Of a stretch of 64,000 bases of DNA, positions 12,652 through 28,109 are shown in pieces. The stretch lies in assembly GCA_964057225.1 (NCBI GenBank), contig OZ059894.1, positions 15,624,001 to 15,688,000 of the forward strand, given 5' to 3'. The number at the start of each line of letters is the position of its first letter. The stretch's first letter is position 1. This DNA comes from Auanema rhodensis. Its lineage: Eukaryota; Animalia; Nematoda. The translations under genes were made by a program, and so were the position numbers. The notes under the pieces are model-generated. The model saw only the letters and a list, made by a program, of their open reading frames with translations. It was not told the origin of the DNA and did not search any database.

Positions 12652-15600
12652 TCAAGTATATCGAAATTTCTTTTTTTTCACTTTCTTCAAATAATTTAAA
12701 ATTAAAATTAATTTTATATTATGTTGAAGAAAATAACATAAATATAACTTTACTTTTCGTTTTTTTTATAATTAAATATCCTATTTATTTGTTGTTACTA
12801 TAAATGAGAAGACGTCAAAGAAAACAATAAGTTCATATATAATTTTATAACTATTTTTAGTTTAAATGATAACTAAAACGAATACTTTATAGTACTAATG
12901 AATGGGTGAGTCGAAATAGTAGTAATCGAAACTACCCGTAGATCAAAAAGATCGACTAAAATCCATCTGATGTATATGTACTATGTATTATATGTATATA
13001 TACATGTATTTATAAAGTAAAATATAGCTTGAATATATTGGTCATACAAATCTACATTGGTCTAATAATTGTAAACTTGAGAGAGAATATTTAAATATAA
13101 AAAAAACTTTTTGTCCACTCTTGTTGGTATTTTTTCCGAGGACGAATCATGTAGCTAGGCAACGGAGAGCTCGTTGTGACTAGGCTAGGCTGAGAATATG
13201 GTGGACATGTGAGAAGAGCAAGATTAGAAAATGGGAAAAGATATAAAGATATATTGAAAAATATATTAAATAAAAGGAAAAAATCAATTATAGAACAACA
13301 ATATTAAATAAAAAAAAAGAATAAAATAAATAAAAATATTAAAGTAGTTGAATTGGAATAGGAAAAACATTTGTTCTCATTTTATTTCAATTCAAACTTT
13401 CATTATGAGTAATAGTAAAGATACATCAAAGAAGAAACAATCAGTATGTGTATAACGAATGGAAGACACGACTTCAAGAAACAGCTTAAAGCAATGGCGG
13501 AGGAAGACCTAAAGATGTTGGTAATCTGATTGTCGTCCATCATAAGCAGTCCAAGACCAGAAAATACTTCATTTAATCGATAAATATACTTTTTCAATGC
13601 CTCTATGAAGTTTGAATAAGTAAAGAGCATAAAAAACTTGAATACAATTCTCAATTGAAATATCAAATCTCAGACTTTAAGTTTCAACATCAATGAACTA
13701 CGAATGTGATACAACGGAAATTGAATTAGTTAACTAAGAATTCTATCATGTACATATGCATATATAAATAATTTTTTGATTAACTTAAATTAAAATTTTG
13801 AACAAAACTTAACTTCTCTGAAGCGAATTCAATCAGAAAAACTTGAAAAAAAGTGAAGGAGAAGAGAAAATGAGAAGTGAGTTTTGGTAAAGCATGAGGA
13901 AGGGGAGAGTCACTTCCTTGTACAGACAATGAAAATAATAGGCTATTTACAAAGCTTTGAGTATGGTCAAGCTGTTTATAAGTAATTATAATGAAGTGAG
14001 GATGAGTAGAGAATTTCTAGGCTAATTAGGATTCATGAGTACAAACGAATAATGATTTCAATCCAGATGGTGCAATGATTTGGCTAACATCACGAATAAG
14101 ATTTAAGAAAATGATAATATCAAAAATAAAAAGAATTAATTATGAAAATAAGAAAATTTATAAAAAAAATGAATTTTAATTTAAAAATAGTAATGAAAAA
14201 CCGATAATTTATGGAATAATATTTCAATGAATTGTTAAGAATATAAAGAAAATTTGAAACAAAACATGAAAATAATCATCAATGTTGATTATAAATAAAA
14301 GTTACCATGGTAAATCGTTCATATTTGAAAAATAATTTTTTTTTATAGAAATACTTATGTTTTTAATAGTATTTCAGAATTTTTTTTGGTTTTTCTTATT
14401 AAAAATAAGAGCTTTTACTCTAGTAATGACAACAGTGGTCGTGGTTATTTCATGGTTTTATTGGAGATATGAGTGGGTTGTGAAAGAAAAACCGCAGAAA
14501 TTGATTCATTGATGAGCTGAATAGCCTAGTGACAGCACGAAAATTCTCCAGAAAAATGAAAAAAGAATGAACTGAGACGGAGTTTTAGTGGAATATTGAA
14601 TGGAGGTAGCGGACTCTAACAGAGTTACATTCGACTTGATGCGACGGGCGAGAGACAGATGAAGCTAGGAGGAGAAAGAGAGAACGGAGTAAGAAGTGTT
14701 CGATAAAGAAATACACGAGAGAATAGATGATATGCTGAACAGGATATACAACTAGAAGATAGCAAGAATGAGACAGTGACGACGACATGGCAATGAGACA
14801 ACTGACCATCTCATTTGTTATGTATTTTCCTTTTTTTTTTGATCGTAGAAAATGATGAGTATGAGAGGGAAATAGATGATTGAGAAAGAGAAGTAGGAGT
14901 AAAAATATTGTGGAAGAAAATGAGAGAAACTGAGAGAAAGAAGTATTAGATGGAACACACGTCAACCAAACTGATGGCTAGTTGACCTCCCGTGAACAGA
15001 CACTTCAGACCCTAAAAGAACGATGTTCGTTTATTTCAACTGTCATCAATAAGACCACTATGTTGTGAAAATGTTATCCTTTGTCCTTTGTTCTACCGTC
15101 TTGAGCTAATCCGATGTCAGCTTCATCTGGGTAAACTAAACGATCGCCTCAGGGAATTGAATACAACCGATGTAAAAGAACTAAAAAGCTGATGGGCACA
15201 GTGCTCATCTGCCAAGCTGATGCATAGAGTCGGTTTGAACAGATGATGATGAATATGAAAAAACTGACATTGAAATGTTTTCGTCAGTAAAATGTTGCCA
15301 AACAGCCAAATCTGAGCAATTATAGAGAGAAAGCGAGGAGATGAAGTGAGTGCGGTTCAACACGATGACTGACTAAGAATAAGTCAAAAGTATCTAGATC
15401 AATTATAACTGCCATGAAATATAAACAACTTTCACATACAAAATGTGAAGAAAGAAAGAAAAAATGACTTAGAGATATCTGGGAAAAGAGGAAAAAAAGA
15501 ATTTTTTAGGACAATTTGTATAAGAATTAAAAGTATAAAATGAATGTTATAGTAGTAAATCAAAGAGATAAATGGAATAAAATGACCACCGGAAACTTGC

Positions 15601-17047
15601 AATTTGATCTGACGGAGAGAAGAGATAGATTGTAAATGGCAAATTGGTGGCGTAATTCGAAACAAAAGACTCATTGAATGGATAAGAAACTGTGAAGTAA
15701 GAGACCAAGGAAGTGAATGAGGAAATGAATAGAAGAAGAAGAGAGAATAAAACAGATTTGAAATGATGATTATATGGATGACAGGAATGAAGAAAAAGAC
15801 GAAGACAATGTAATAGAAATGCTGGAAAGCAGATGGTCTTCGATGAAAATGTACAAAACTGAAGACCGTTTGATGCACAAAAATCTCGAATTATCGGTAT
15901 ATTTATAGAAAATATACTGCTCATAGTGAAATGCTAGATGACTTGAGTCGATATATCGAAAGAGAATAATTAGACTCTTTTCGAAATCTTAACAATGCTG
16001 TGAAACAGGACGACTCTTAGTGGCTTGCAGAGAAGAGAGAAGTACTGAGAAGCATTGTGAGATGAGTGAGAGAACTAGACCAAGAGGATGGGAGAAGCCT
16101 TTCAAGAACATGGATAAAGCTTGCAAGATCTATATCTTATGAACTTTGCTTAAAAGTTTCAAAATGCTATGAATGGGTTTGGAAGACGACGCAGTTAGAA
16201 GGACATTATGAGGTCGTTGTGAGTTGTGAAGCATGCAGTTTTAAAGATATAAGACTTAAAGAATAAAAATAGGAAATTAAGCTCTTTAACTAAATGTCAA
16301 CGTACAGGAAGTTGTAGCCGTAAAGTAGAAGCTGTGAGTACGTAGTCATGATGCTTCTATACCAAGCTTCTACTAGCCTCCAAAGGGAATAAGATTGTGA
16401 AATTTTAAACAAAAGCCAGTAAAGGAAATACAAAGTTATAGAAAAAATTATTTTTTTACCCTTTGTTCAGCAATGAAATGCTGAAGAAAAGCATACAATA
16501 TCTGGAATTCCTAATGTGTAAAGTGACCAGAAATCTGAGACAAATGCAAAATATTGAAAACGAAATTAAATGTGCGAATTCAATATTATCTGCCAAATTC
16601 AAATTAGGGTGGTCAACGTGTTGTATTTATATATTCTGTGTATTTCATATTGATAGTATTATATGAAGTTAGATGTTAGAGTTAGATATACTTGAATTCT
16701 TATGTGTTACAGGATGACTCACCCCCCTCTAACCCCCCGCCAAAATTCTTTTCAATTGACGAATTCTCGAGGAAAATGATCCATTATATAGATAATACAA
16801 AATTTTTCTATAAGTATGAATTCAACGAAAAATTAAAAATTAGCAACTCTTCTTCCCACAATCTTCATTATGTATTTACGAACAAAATTAATTTTTATGA
16901 CAAAAAAAGAAATACCTGTAATGTACAAATGGTATATACAAAAATTAAAAAGACATGATCTTGATCATTATAACAGAAATTAATTTTTTTTTCAGAAAAA
17001 TATTTTACATAAATAAAAAAAAAGAAATACGTAATACATCTAATATT

Positions 17048-17915
17048 TCATTGACGTTTTTTTAAATTTCGAGTTTCTGAATTATCAGGATACTTCAATA
17101 TATCTGTTTCCATAAAATGTTTGGCATTAATTAGACGTCCACTTCTACGTTTTTCCTGAAAATTATTAAATAATCGGAAACATTTAAATATTTTGAAAAT
17201 TTTACTTTTTTTTTGAATTTTATAATTTATTAAATTCTTACAAATATTTGTTTTATTGTGATTTAAGTATATTTGTAAGAATTTTAATTAATTAAATTGA
17301 AATTAAATTCAAACTATTTGAAATTTGAAGAATGAATGAATAAAGAACTTACAGGTATTGGTGCAGCTTCAATAAGAAATGATCGTAACAGCATGAAAAT
17401 TATTGTAACAACTAAAATAAATAAATAATTTAATAAATTTAATAAATTTAAATAAATTACCATTCAAAACAAGTAAAACTATATTATATAATGATGAAAT
17501 TAAAGATTTAAAATAGAATAATTCCATTGCAAAATGAATGGAAAAAGCTGTAGTCAATAGCAAGTGACACGATTGTAAACCGTGATTATCAAATTTTCCC
17601 ATAAGCATGAATCTATAAATTCATAAGTTGAGGAAATAAGGTTCAAAAAATATGAACCTGGTAACCCCTAACAAGGCTTGATTTAAGGCAAAAAAACGTG
17701 AAGCTGGAGTTGGTTCACCAGAAACGAACATAACGGACTTGGATCCTATAATTAGAAAGTTAACCATTTATATAATTGTACAAATTATATTTATATTGAA
17801 TTATATACAAATAATTACCATGGAAGCCTGCATAAGAAACAAATATTGATCCACAAACTTGTAAAATAAGGAATGCTAGCCATGCTCGGTATACGTTCTC
17901 CCAATCGATTTTCAT
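17048..17915 (-). CDS. erg-28: ERG28-family ER membrane protein, 5 exons
   Basis: Spliced protein MKIDWENVYRAWLAFLILQVCGSIFVSY...SRFFALNQALLGVTRF...HFAMELFYF...AKHFME...KKRQ* has four hydrophobic segments, the ERG28 pattern (RxWL, H..xELF) and a C-terminal KKxx ER-retrieval signal. Confidence 0.8.
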
Positions 17916-20900
17916 TTCTGTCGTTGAAATATAATTTTTGAAATATTTATCTGAAATATATAGTATATGGCATATATAAGACATTTATAATTTATATTTT
18001 ATACAAATTTCATTATAAATATGAAGAAATTAAAAGGAAAAAGGTAAAAATCATATATTGAACTTGACACACGACCAAATAATTAACACTGAGCAGCCGT
18101 GGTCAGCAAGTAGCCAGTGAGGTCAGGAATAGACAGCAGCCAGCTGTGCGATGAAGCTTTTACACAGCATATGAATGAAGAGAATCTAGTGAGCGAAAGA
18201 TGTGAAAAGATACTGAAAACCAATGGCAAGCAATGAGAGATGACAGAGAGAATGAGGTTGTTGCAACCTAAATGGTGAATTAGATACTTCCAGAGACGCA
18301 GACTGAGACATCTGGCAGTGGACATTCAGATTAGTTCAAGGAAAACGTGAAAGACTAGAGAAGATATGCCATCACATTTACAGGATAATTGACATGTTTT
18401 TCATAGAAAATATATAATATTAGTATATATATCTTCTATATGTGTCTATATCTCTATCTATATGTATATGACCTTTTAAACTCATTTCATTTTTCCTCGA
18501 TCTTAATAAAAATTTTCCCTTTCCTCTCATCTGCTACATAGTTCAACTAGGGTGTATTTGAAAATATTTTGTAAAAAAAGTTTTGCAGCTACTGCTTACT
18601 CAGCATCCTCATACACATAAAAGTTTTAAATGGCAGATGTGATATCAACAATATTTCATATCCATAGATAGTATTATAGTTAGAAATTATTTCTAAAGTA
18701 ATTTTTTAATTTTAAATAATTTCTGGTGATGGGAAAATGGAGCAAAAATGTTAACAACAATTATCAGAATGGTGCAGCTGCTACTGCTACTGCTGCTGCA
18801 GAAAAAAAAACAAAAAAAAAGGAGTTGTTGAGTTTATTTATGAAACAAGTTTGTTTAAACTTGTTATCTCGAAATGCTTTAATCATGTCAAGTAATAGAA
18901 CCCTGTTTCTAATTATAGAAGGAATCATCTCAGATTACAAAAATCATCCGTTGCTTCTATAATACTATAAATACTTACTAGTTAGTTTTCTAAATTAAAA
19001 ATTCTTTAAAATATTAAAAAAAATAGTTTAGTGGAATAGAAAATTTATTTAGCAATATAAATATAAAATTAAGATTAACAATTATAAATATATATTGAAA
19101 TGAAAAGGCTTTTTTTATTGTTGTAAAGGCGTTATAATAAAGTATTTTGAAGATTTGGGATATGATATCATGTTTTCTTTTCTTTTTTTTTCCATAAATT
19201 GAAAAGAAATCTAAAAGAAGTATGAACATTGAATCTAGAGCATTGAAATCGAATCTTAAAAAAACAAAAAAAAAGTAAATATGTAGATTATAGCATAGTC
19301 TAAGAAGAAAGATGCTGATCATAATAATAATAATACTTGAAAACATTAAAGGACATTCATAGATGTACATGTGTATACATATCTCTATGTATGTATGTAT
19401 ATTGTTTCCAAAATAACAAGTTTCAAAAAAAAAGAAAGAATAAAAATTTTAAAGCCAAAAGTATTGTATGTTAATAAATATAATTTGAAAATTTAAATAA
19501 TATTATTATTATTGTATAATATTATATATTATAGTAATTATTATATTATATGTATATGTATATGTATTTATTATATTTGATATAATACTTTTCATGAATT
19601 ATTTCAATTGTAATTCAACAGTTTTTGAAAATACTGTGTTAAAGGTTGCATTGATTATATGAAATATTTCATCTATTCTATATATAGATAGATAGATGTA
19701 TATATAATAATAAAAATAATAATAATATTATTTTGGTTGATATAGTTATATTATGAAATCTTTGAACTATTATATATATATAGTTATATACATGTAATAT
19801 ATGAGCATAAATCGACTGATACATGTACATGTATGTATTTGCTCAAAAAAAATCACAGAATGCACATAGATAAGGTACTACTTAAAGAAAACTAAAAATA
19901 TATTTTTTTCTTATTTTCCCTTCTTCTTCTTCTTTTTATTTCCTCTGATTATTGATACACACAGTAATTTTTTTTTGCTTGCAACACCTAAGTAGATGTT
20001 ACTAAGCTACAGAAAGACGAGAAGCTTCTCCAGGCATTAAGATGAAACGATACTGTTTCCCAGCATCAAAACGTTTTTTCTGCTTTTTATGTACATAATA
20101 CTCTTATTATTCAGAGAAAATTTTTCCAATTTTAACCTTTTAGCTCCATTTCTGCCTCCATGAAACATCCGTCAATTTTTTTTTGTTTTTTTTTTTCCAA
20201 ATTTTTTTGAAGAAAAAAATATAATTTTTATAACATATGTATATGTACATATACATATTTATAAATATACATATAAACTACTATACCTTATTACAATTAA
20301 CATAAAAAAGCTTTTATTTCTTCTTTTTTTATGTAGAAAAACCATTCAGCTTTTTCTGAGATATACATACTTTCTTATGTCGCTTCTTATCTGCCTTCTG
20401 CTGTTCAAAATCTAAATATAGCATAATAACATTGCCTTATTTAGAGTATTGTGTGCCCACAGGCTAGTTGAAGCAATATCAAGGATGAAGAGATATATAC
20501 AACTGAGAGTCACTAGAGGGAAACAGAGAGAAAACTAAGAGGGAAAGAATCAAGAGATAAACTACTGTTGGGTGAGAAGATGAAAAAAAATTGAGGCAGA
20601 GAATGAATACGTTTGAGTAAAACATAGAGAGTAGAGGGGAAAAGAGCAATAGAGATGGAAAAGGCGGAGTTTCATGCTTTTATATCCATTTCGATATCTT
20701 TTACTCTTTTTCTATCACTCTTCTTTCAACTCTCTGTTAGATCTTCTTGGTTTTCTGTCTTCTGATCCTTTTTCCTTCTATTCAATGGCTTTTCATCATT
20801 AGTCTTTAAAGACTTCTTTTCAACTACAAATGGCCATTTTATCTTTTTATCTGCTTTAAAAGTCCATCCATGACTCTTTTAAGCCATTTGTATGTTTCAT

Positions 20901-23900
20901 TTTTTCTTCTAACTTCTAATATTTTATTCTATTTCCTGTATCTCCTCCCACCACAACCCCTTCCTTTCCTCTCATATCATGTAGCATTAAAAGACGTTTC
21001 AAATCGTCCTTCTCTATCTTTTTCAAAAGCAGCTTTCAAATACAGCCTCCGTCTAGAAGTTAGAAGGGGCGAAGAAAAGTTAAAGCAAACACCTCCCCCT
21101 CCCCTTTATCCAACTATTTATCCAACTGATAGCTCCGATAGCCTTTTCATCAGTTTCTGATTATATCCCGATCTACTGCATTTCATGCTTCTATCTTGCC
21201 TTCCCCTCGTTCACCAGCTTTTTTCCTCATTCCCTCCCTCTCTCAGTCCCTCCCTCCCTCTCTCGCTCCTTCATTGCATCATTTCGCTCCAACTTTAAGT
21301 CCAACCCTCCACGCCCTCATAGTCTGTTGTTTCCTTTTCTTCTCATCAAGCCTGTTCAGATAAAATTTGAAATATCCCAGAACAAAACGACATTTTTTCA
21401 TATTTTGATTTTCCTTGATCATTCATCATCCTTCATTTATAGTTTCAAATTCAACTATTTGTAAATTCTAACGAATATTTATACGCAACTTCTTTTATGG
21501 GAAAAAACGAGAATGTTCTATGCCATTTTTTCCTTCATTTTCTTAATCATCTCAGTTTTCTGTAAACTCAATCACACCTAATAGACTTCTGCTATGTCTT
21601 TAAGCTCAAAAACGCTTTTATTTTCTTCTTTTTCTTTAACATCACTTCAATTTATAAGGAAATGAGTATTTTTTCTTTTTTTTCATCATAATGTTCGTCT
21701 CATCTGATATTTTATTTTCTAAAAACGAGAATATGAATTGTCTTTATCCATCTATCTTATGACTTTCTAATGTCTAATATATATTTCTCTATTTCTTATT
21801 AGTCAATAGAAATCTTTTCCATAAAAAATTAAAAATAACAAGAAAACACGTGCAAAAAACTTTCTATTTTATTTTTCACTTTGTTATATGAAAACCATTT
21901 TGTTCAGTTTTGGTAGAATCTTATCTCTTTCTTCATGTAAGCTTCTCGGATACTTCTCATCCATTTTTCAGCTTTTTTTTCCTCAAAGTATAATGCTCCT
22001 TTATTTAAACATAAATTTCAAAATGTTATGAACTTGATGATTTTTTGATCGATGTGTATGCACGCTTAGTTCATAGTTCCCATTTTTTGATGGTATATCC
22101 TCCTTGAAGAACTTTAAAAAAAGTATATCTCGTGATTCAACTTGTTTGCAAACATGTTCATCCAAAAGCTATAATAATTCTTCGTTTTTTACAACTTCCC
22201 ATATCAAGATGTTGCGAACAGCAACAAGATTTATAAGTTGAAACATTTGCTCATACATGCCAAAGTGTACAGCTTAAGCTATTAATTACCCGCCTTCTTG
22301 TAATTTCTGAAGCATTATTCAATTTCAAAAAAGCTTTTCGTGGCTTCTCCTCTTCTAAATCTTTGTATGTAATGCTAAAAGCTTTTTTTCTAGATCTATG
22401 TTACAGATGATGCACTCAACTAGAATTCAGAATCTTGTACGTCTACTGCATAAAGCTCCAAGTTCAGATAGCATTTACATGCAAAGCAGGTAACATTTTT
22501 AAATTAAAAGAAACAATTTTTCTTAAAACTAATAAACTAACGTCAGAGGAGTTTTATAATCTATTTTTCAATTTTTCTTTTCTTAGAAACAATTTCAAAA
22601 ATTTCTGGGAATATGAGTTTGATCGGATTAATGATGTTTCTTTAGCAAGATAAGAAAAAAATAAATGGTCCCATGCAAAAATTATCTATTTATGGATTGT
22701 TATACACCCACGTATTATATCTTTTGATCATTCTAAAAAACCTGAGAAAACACAAAACATCGCTTCTGACACTATTATTTGAATTTGAATTTAATTTTGT
22801 TTGTTTACAAATGTCTTACAACAGCTCTCATGAATTGGCTCTATTTCATTTGCATGTATTCTGTTCTAAGATCTTTTCTAAGAAAAAGTTTTTAGTTTTA
22901 GAGTAGTAAGAGAAAATCCAGAAAAATTCAAAACGAACGGAAGAGCTTCCTTAATTCATCAAAAGTTCACAATCATTCGTTTCGTTTCCATCAACAAGAT
23001 GACTAAAAAAAACAAAGTCATAACCTCAGGATATTCAGGCTTTCAAACTTTGTGTTGATGTTCTTGTCTTTGTTGCGCTCTTGATTCTTTTCCTTCGTCT
23101 CCATTTTCATCTGAACACTGAGCATTTCTCTCTCAAATCTGCAATGGCGTTAAGGGAAAGACGAATGTATGTATAGCAGAAGCGTTTACACGATATCCCA
23201 TATGAGATCTGAAGTTGACGACATCGCTATGTGGTTCTATTTTGCTTTTGTCGTCTGACAAGGACGGATGTTGGCACTGTCGAATGATGCTGAAGTCCAT
23301 CAGCGTGTGTTTTCCGCAGAATTGCTCTGATTTTTAACTTTCAGTTAGGAAAGAGAAAACAGATAGCAAATAACATCTATATATAGCGTCTAAAACAAAA
23401 ATGTCACCGAGTTTCTTGTGGTAATCTTGCATTTTACTTGATTGTTTCAAATAAAAATGAAATTAGAAACCGTCTAAACAACTGTTTCATTTGAATATAT
23501 TTTGCATAACAATACTTCTTCAATGAAGTAATATGTTCAAGGATTAGATATTGTACTATCTATTCAATCTATTGAAAAGAATATTTTCAAAAAAAAAAGA
23601 CAACTAATATTGCCAATAACTTAAAGATTCATAAATATAACAAAAGGAAACGTTTGCTTAGCTTGAAAAAAAAATTGGAAGTTGATTATCCGTCAGCAAA
23701 ACTCAAGACATTGCCACTTTTGAAGAGAATTTATCATCACTTACAGCTTTAGTATTCAATCTCTCTTTGTCTGCCATTATCTTACCAGTCACTTCTTTTC
23801 AGAAAAAGGAGATGCATGTTAAGTTGAATGAATCGAAAATCAGACTTCAGTCTGACCAAATACTAAGCGATAGAGCGAATTTTAAAAATTAAAATATTAT

Positions 23901-23909
23901 TATAACTAT

Positions 23910-23946
<37 letters not shown>

Positions 23947-24372
23947 GTTATATATGAATTTTTTAGAAAAAAAAGTAAAATTTAAAAACATTTGTTTACG
24001 AGCTTTATAAGAAAATTTGCATATTTTATTATATAATATTATTAATAATTAATAAAAATCTACGTGCACGTGAAAGTCACGTATTTAATATGTGTGTATG
24101 CAAATGAACTTGATGATATGATTTTATTCTTATAATTTTGAAAATGCAAGTATATAGCTGAATATATTAAATTATATTAAATTAATAAATTAAAAATAAT
24201 ATTAAATAATCATTTAAATATTTGAAATATTCATTGTTAAACGTCTGATTTACATATTTTGTAAAAATCAGAAGTAGCGAGAAAGAGACAGAGAGAGAGA
24301 CAGAGAGAGACAGAGAGAGAGAGGGGGAGTCCTAGAGCGGAAATAAATATATTTTAAATTAATAATTATACA

Positions 24373-24403
<31 letters not shown>

Positions 24404-25150
24404 TGTTCAATATTTTACATTTAAATTATTTGAAATGAAACTAATTTATATTCATTTTAATGTCTCCTAATCTACAAAATACTTTCGTCTTTTTGCAAAT
24501 CATTAAGCTTGTCAAACTTTTCATAGTAAGTCATTGTTCGTTTTCAAGAGTAAAGAATATCATGTCAGATGAATTACAATCAGCTTTTTTTGTTGTGTCT
24601 ATCGTCATCAGGCATCAGCATCAGCATCATTTCATTTTTCATTATTTTTTCATTCTTTCTAACAATTTTGTCGCTATTTTATTTTTTTGAAACAATATGA
24701 AGGTAAAAAAAAGTAAAAATTGTGTTGAATGAAAAACAAATTAAAATAGGAAGTAGATAAGCAAAATGAATTTAAATTCATCTGATGTGTCATCATTTCT
24801 AGCAATTTTGCTAAGAAAATAGCAAAATGCAAAAAAAAGGCGTAGAAAAGCAAAAATACATATATACATATATTTGCATATCTATATGTATATTATACAT
24901 ATATACAGTGGACTTCATCTTGTCATAAAAGTTTGCTATAATTTTCGTGTTTAACATGCTCCAAAATTGCCGTTACTGATGTCGCTCTAGGGAATTTAGA
25001 ATCAGATTCTTTTCTGTTCCACTTGGAAACAGAAAATTAAAAAAAAAGAATGTGATGGCTTTTAGAAACAAAACATATTCTTAGAGAACTAAAACCGTAT
25101 AACTATAAAGAATTAATGATAGAATTCAAGTTTCAAAAGATGATTTTCAG

Positions 25151-27028
25151 ACATTCCGGTCGAGTGTTTCTGGCTAATCCTGAAGATGTGAATAGAATTT
25201 GTGAAGAATTCGACAAGATTGCTGATAAATATGCTTTTTTTGAAAGAATATTTTTGCATCTTTTCAGGGTCAGTTGTCAAAAAATGTTTGTATTTGTTTT
25301 TTTTTCTCACAAAGTACATTAAATGGATGTGATGGACAAACCTAATTACAGGTTGAAGATATTGAACTTGCCATTCATTTCAACTTGGAAAATTTAAAAG
25401 AAGATGAATTGAAAAAGGATCAAAAGTTTAGGTTTGTTAAACTTTTTGAATCAGTTTTTACTCTTTATACTATAATGGAAACACATTTTCATTTTATTGC
25501 TAAGATTCAATTTGGCTTGTAAATTTAGAAACGATTAAAAATGATTTTGATGAAGAAGAAGTAACTTTGCTGACAAAAAAACAATAAAAGTACTCCATTT
25601 ATTCATCGAAATTGGCCTTCCACCAATTTACGTCTTATGATCATCGGCCAGCTATTTCAATTATCAATTTTTGTGTTAAATTGAAAAGATTGCCACAAGT
25701 TCAACCATGTGTTGAAGATTCAATCTCCGGGTGTTAGAGTGTAACTCACTCAAACGTATTTATTGGAAAAATGAAAAAAAATTCTTCAAATATATTTGTT
25801 TGTTTCGAAGAAATAGATGAAGATATTTTTATATATATAACATTGAAATAGTATGAAGAATTAGATACTTAACATAATTCTTCTTATTTCTAAGTTTTAA
25901 GGAAAAGCTCAAAGTACTTAAGGATCACGAAGATAATGATTTAGGTAATTTCATGAGAACAAAACATGAATGAGTGAAAGATTCTGTATAAGAAAAAGGG
26001 GAGCAACATCAGAAAAGATCGATTGCCTGAGGACAAACAAGAATTTTCACTTAATTTTAAATATTTATATATATATATAATAAAAAGATAAAAACATGTA
26101 GAGATTTTATGAATACAAATCAGCTTAAAGTTCAATTCACTAATTCTTCATTCAGATTTAAATTTCTTTTATATTAATTCAAATGAAATCTTTTTAATTA
26201 TTCATATATTTTTTTCTTTTATCTATTTCTTAGGACTCATGTCGGCAAATTTCAACGTTTTATGACAAGTCTTATGGATATGTTGAATAAAGGTGGCTTA
26301 GAAAGCTCTGATCAAATAGTACAAGTATTGAGGTATTTCAATATATTTATAAGAATAAAATATTATATGTATATATATACAATTTAACTACAAATAACTA
26401 GATCTTACATACATAGTTTTTTGATAGAAATAGAAAACAAATATTATCAATGTTTCACATATTTTCTAAATTTAATTTCGTTCTCTTCAAGTTAGACACG
26501 ATTGAAATAATTTTTTTTTCATTTTTATTGGAATTAATTTATAAATTATATGATTAGGATATACATATACATATATATAAATATATATATTCAGGGCTGT
26601 TGGACGTCAGCATGCCAATGTACGATCGATGAGTTTCACAGCTGAAAAATGGCTTTTATTCAAAAATGTTTTAATTGCACAACTTTGTAAAGTTACAGTA
26701 TGATTTTAAATTTATTTGTTATAAGATTTATAATATTCACTATATTATATAACAATATCTTTTCATCGTTATAGGATAAATCATATTCAACGTGGAGCAG
26801 GCTGTTAGGCTTTGTGATCTTTGAAATCAAAGATAGCTACTTAGAACATGTATGTTATTGTTTTTCAAGGAAAAAAGATGAACTTTTATAATACCTATTA
26901 AGGTTCGCCATGCTCGTTCATCATCTTGTCCAGCAATTAAAGAATTTCGGGTTTTTCGAAGAAGTCAATACCGAAAATCATCGGTTTGTAGTGCAAAAAT
27001 GGAAAAAAATTTGAAAGATTTAAAATAA
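25151..27028 (+). CDS. Nematode-type globin, at least 6 exons (first exon not identified)
   Basis: Exons read FERIFLHLF/VEDIELAIHFNL..KDQKF/RTHVGKFQRFM (distal E7 His)/AVGRQHANV (proximal F8 His)..EKWLLFKNVL/TWSRLLGFVIFEIKDSY/VRHARSSSCP...*. Confidence 0.8.
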
Positions 27029-28109
27029 TGAATGAAAAAATTGAAATAATACAGATTTATAGCCAACACATAAATAACATATTTGGTCGAATAATTATGA
27101 ATTTTTTCATATTTGACTTGACAATGAAAGAACTTTAAAAGTCAATATAGGAATTATCATATCTATCTAAAGCAACTATCATTTTTATTGTTTTTATATT
27201 TCTATATGTATGTATAATATAATAATATATAAAAGCTACTGTATTATAATAATGAATAAATATTTCAAAAAAAACTTGTATAATTATGTATATATATATA
27301 TATATATATGATTAATAATATATTAACTGTTCAAGTTGTATGCAATTTTCAGAAGAAAATGAGATTTTCTAATGAAATTTTCATTTTTATATGAATAGAT
27401 GTACAAATCGGTTGATAATAAGTATAAAAGAAATATTTAATATTTCAGAATATTCCTTTTGAATTTTTTATATTTGTAATTTTGATATATCGTAGTATAA
27501 GTAAGTTGTACATCAACTGATAAAACTTAATTTAATAGCATTATTATATAATTTGTATCAAATTGATTATTTAAATATTAAATATTATATATTATATAGT
27601 ATATAAATATATATATAATATTATTATGAGAAATTGTAACTTATACAAAATACAAATTTTATTTACATTTAAGATTTACAACACAATTTTAAAAGAGAAG
27701 CAGAATTAGAATAGAAATAATGGTACTTCTAACTGCATATATTTTGGGAAAAAAGACAAAATATTTCTTTTATTTAGTTTTTTTTTGGTTGAGAACATAA
27801 TATAGAAAAGTGATTCCAATGGATAACGAAATAAATAATTTTTCTTAAAAAAGTAAAGTTGAAGTTAAAAAAATTTGAAAAAAAAATTCAAAAACTCAAT
27901 ATGAACAATTGACGTCATGCTTTATGAGATGCTCGAAGACGTCATGAATTTCTATTAATCATTATTATAAAAAACTAAAAATTAACGATAAGAATTCAAA
28001 AATGAATTGTCTGAACATTTCTATTTTCATTAGAAGAAGATAAAATAGTTGTTGAGCATATATTATAGAAAATATGAAGTAAAAGAAAGATAAAACAAGA
28101 AATGCTTGT

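Noticed and set aside
13400-16960. Hydrophobic ORFs (Phe/Leu/Ser/Ile-rich) here and at 19014-24690 and 31639-33352
   Set aside because: Compositional artefacts of purine/pyrimidine-skewed AT-rich non-coding DNA. I could not build a consistent exon chain, though small upstream exons of neighbouring genes may be hidden here.
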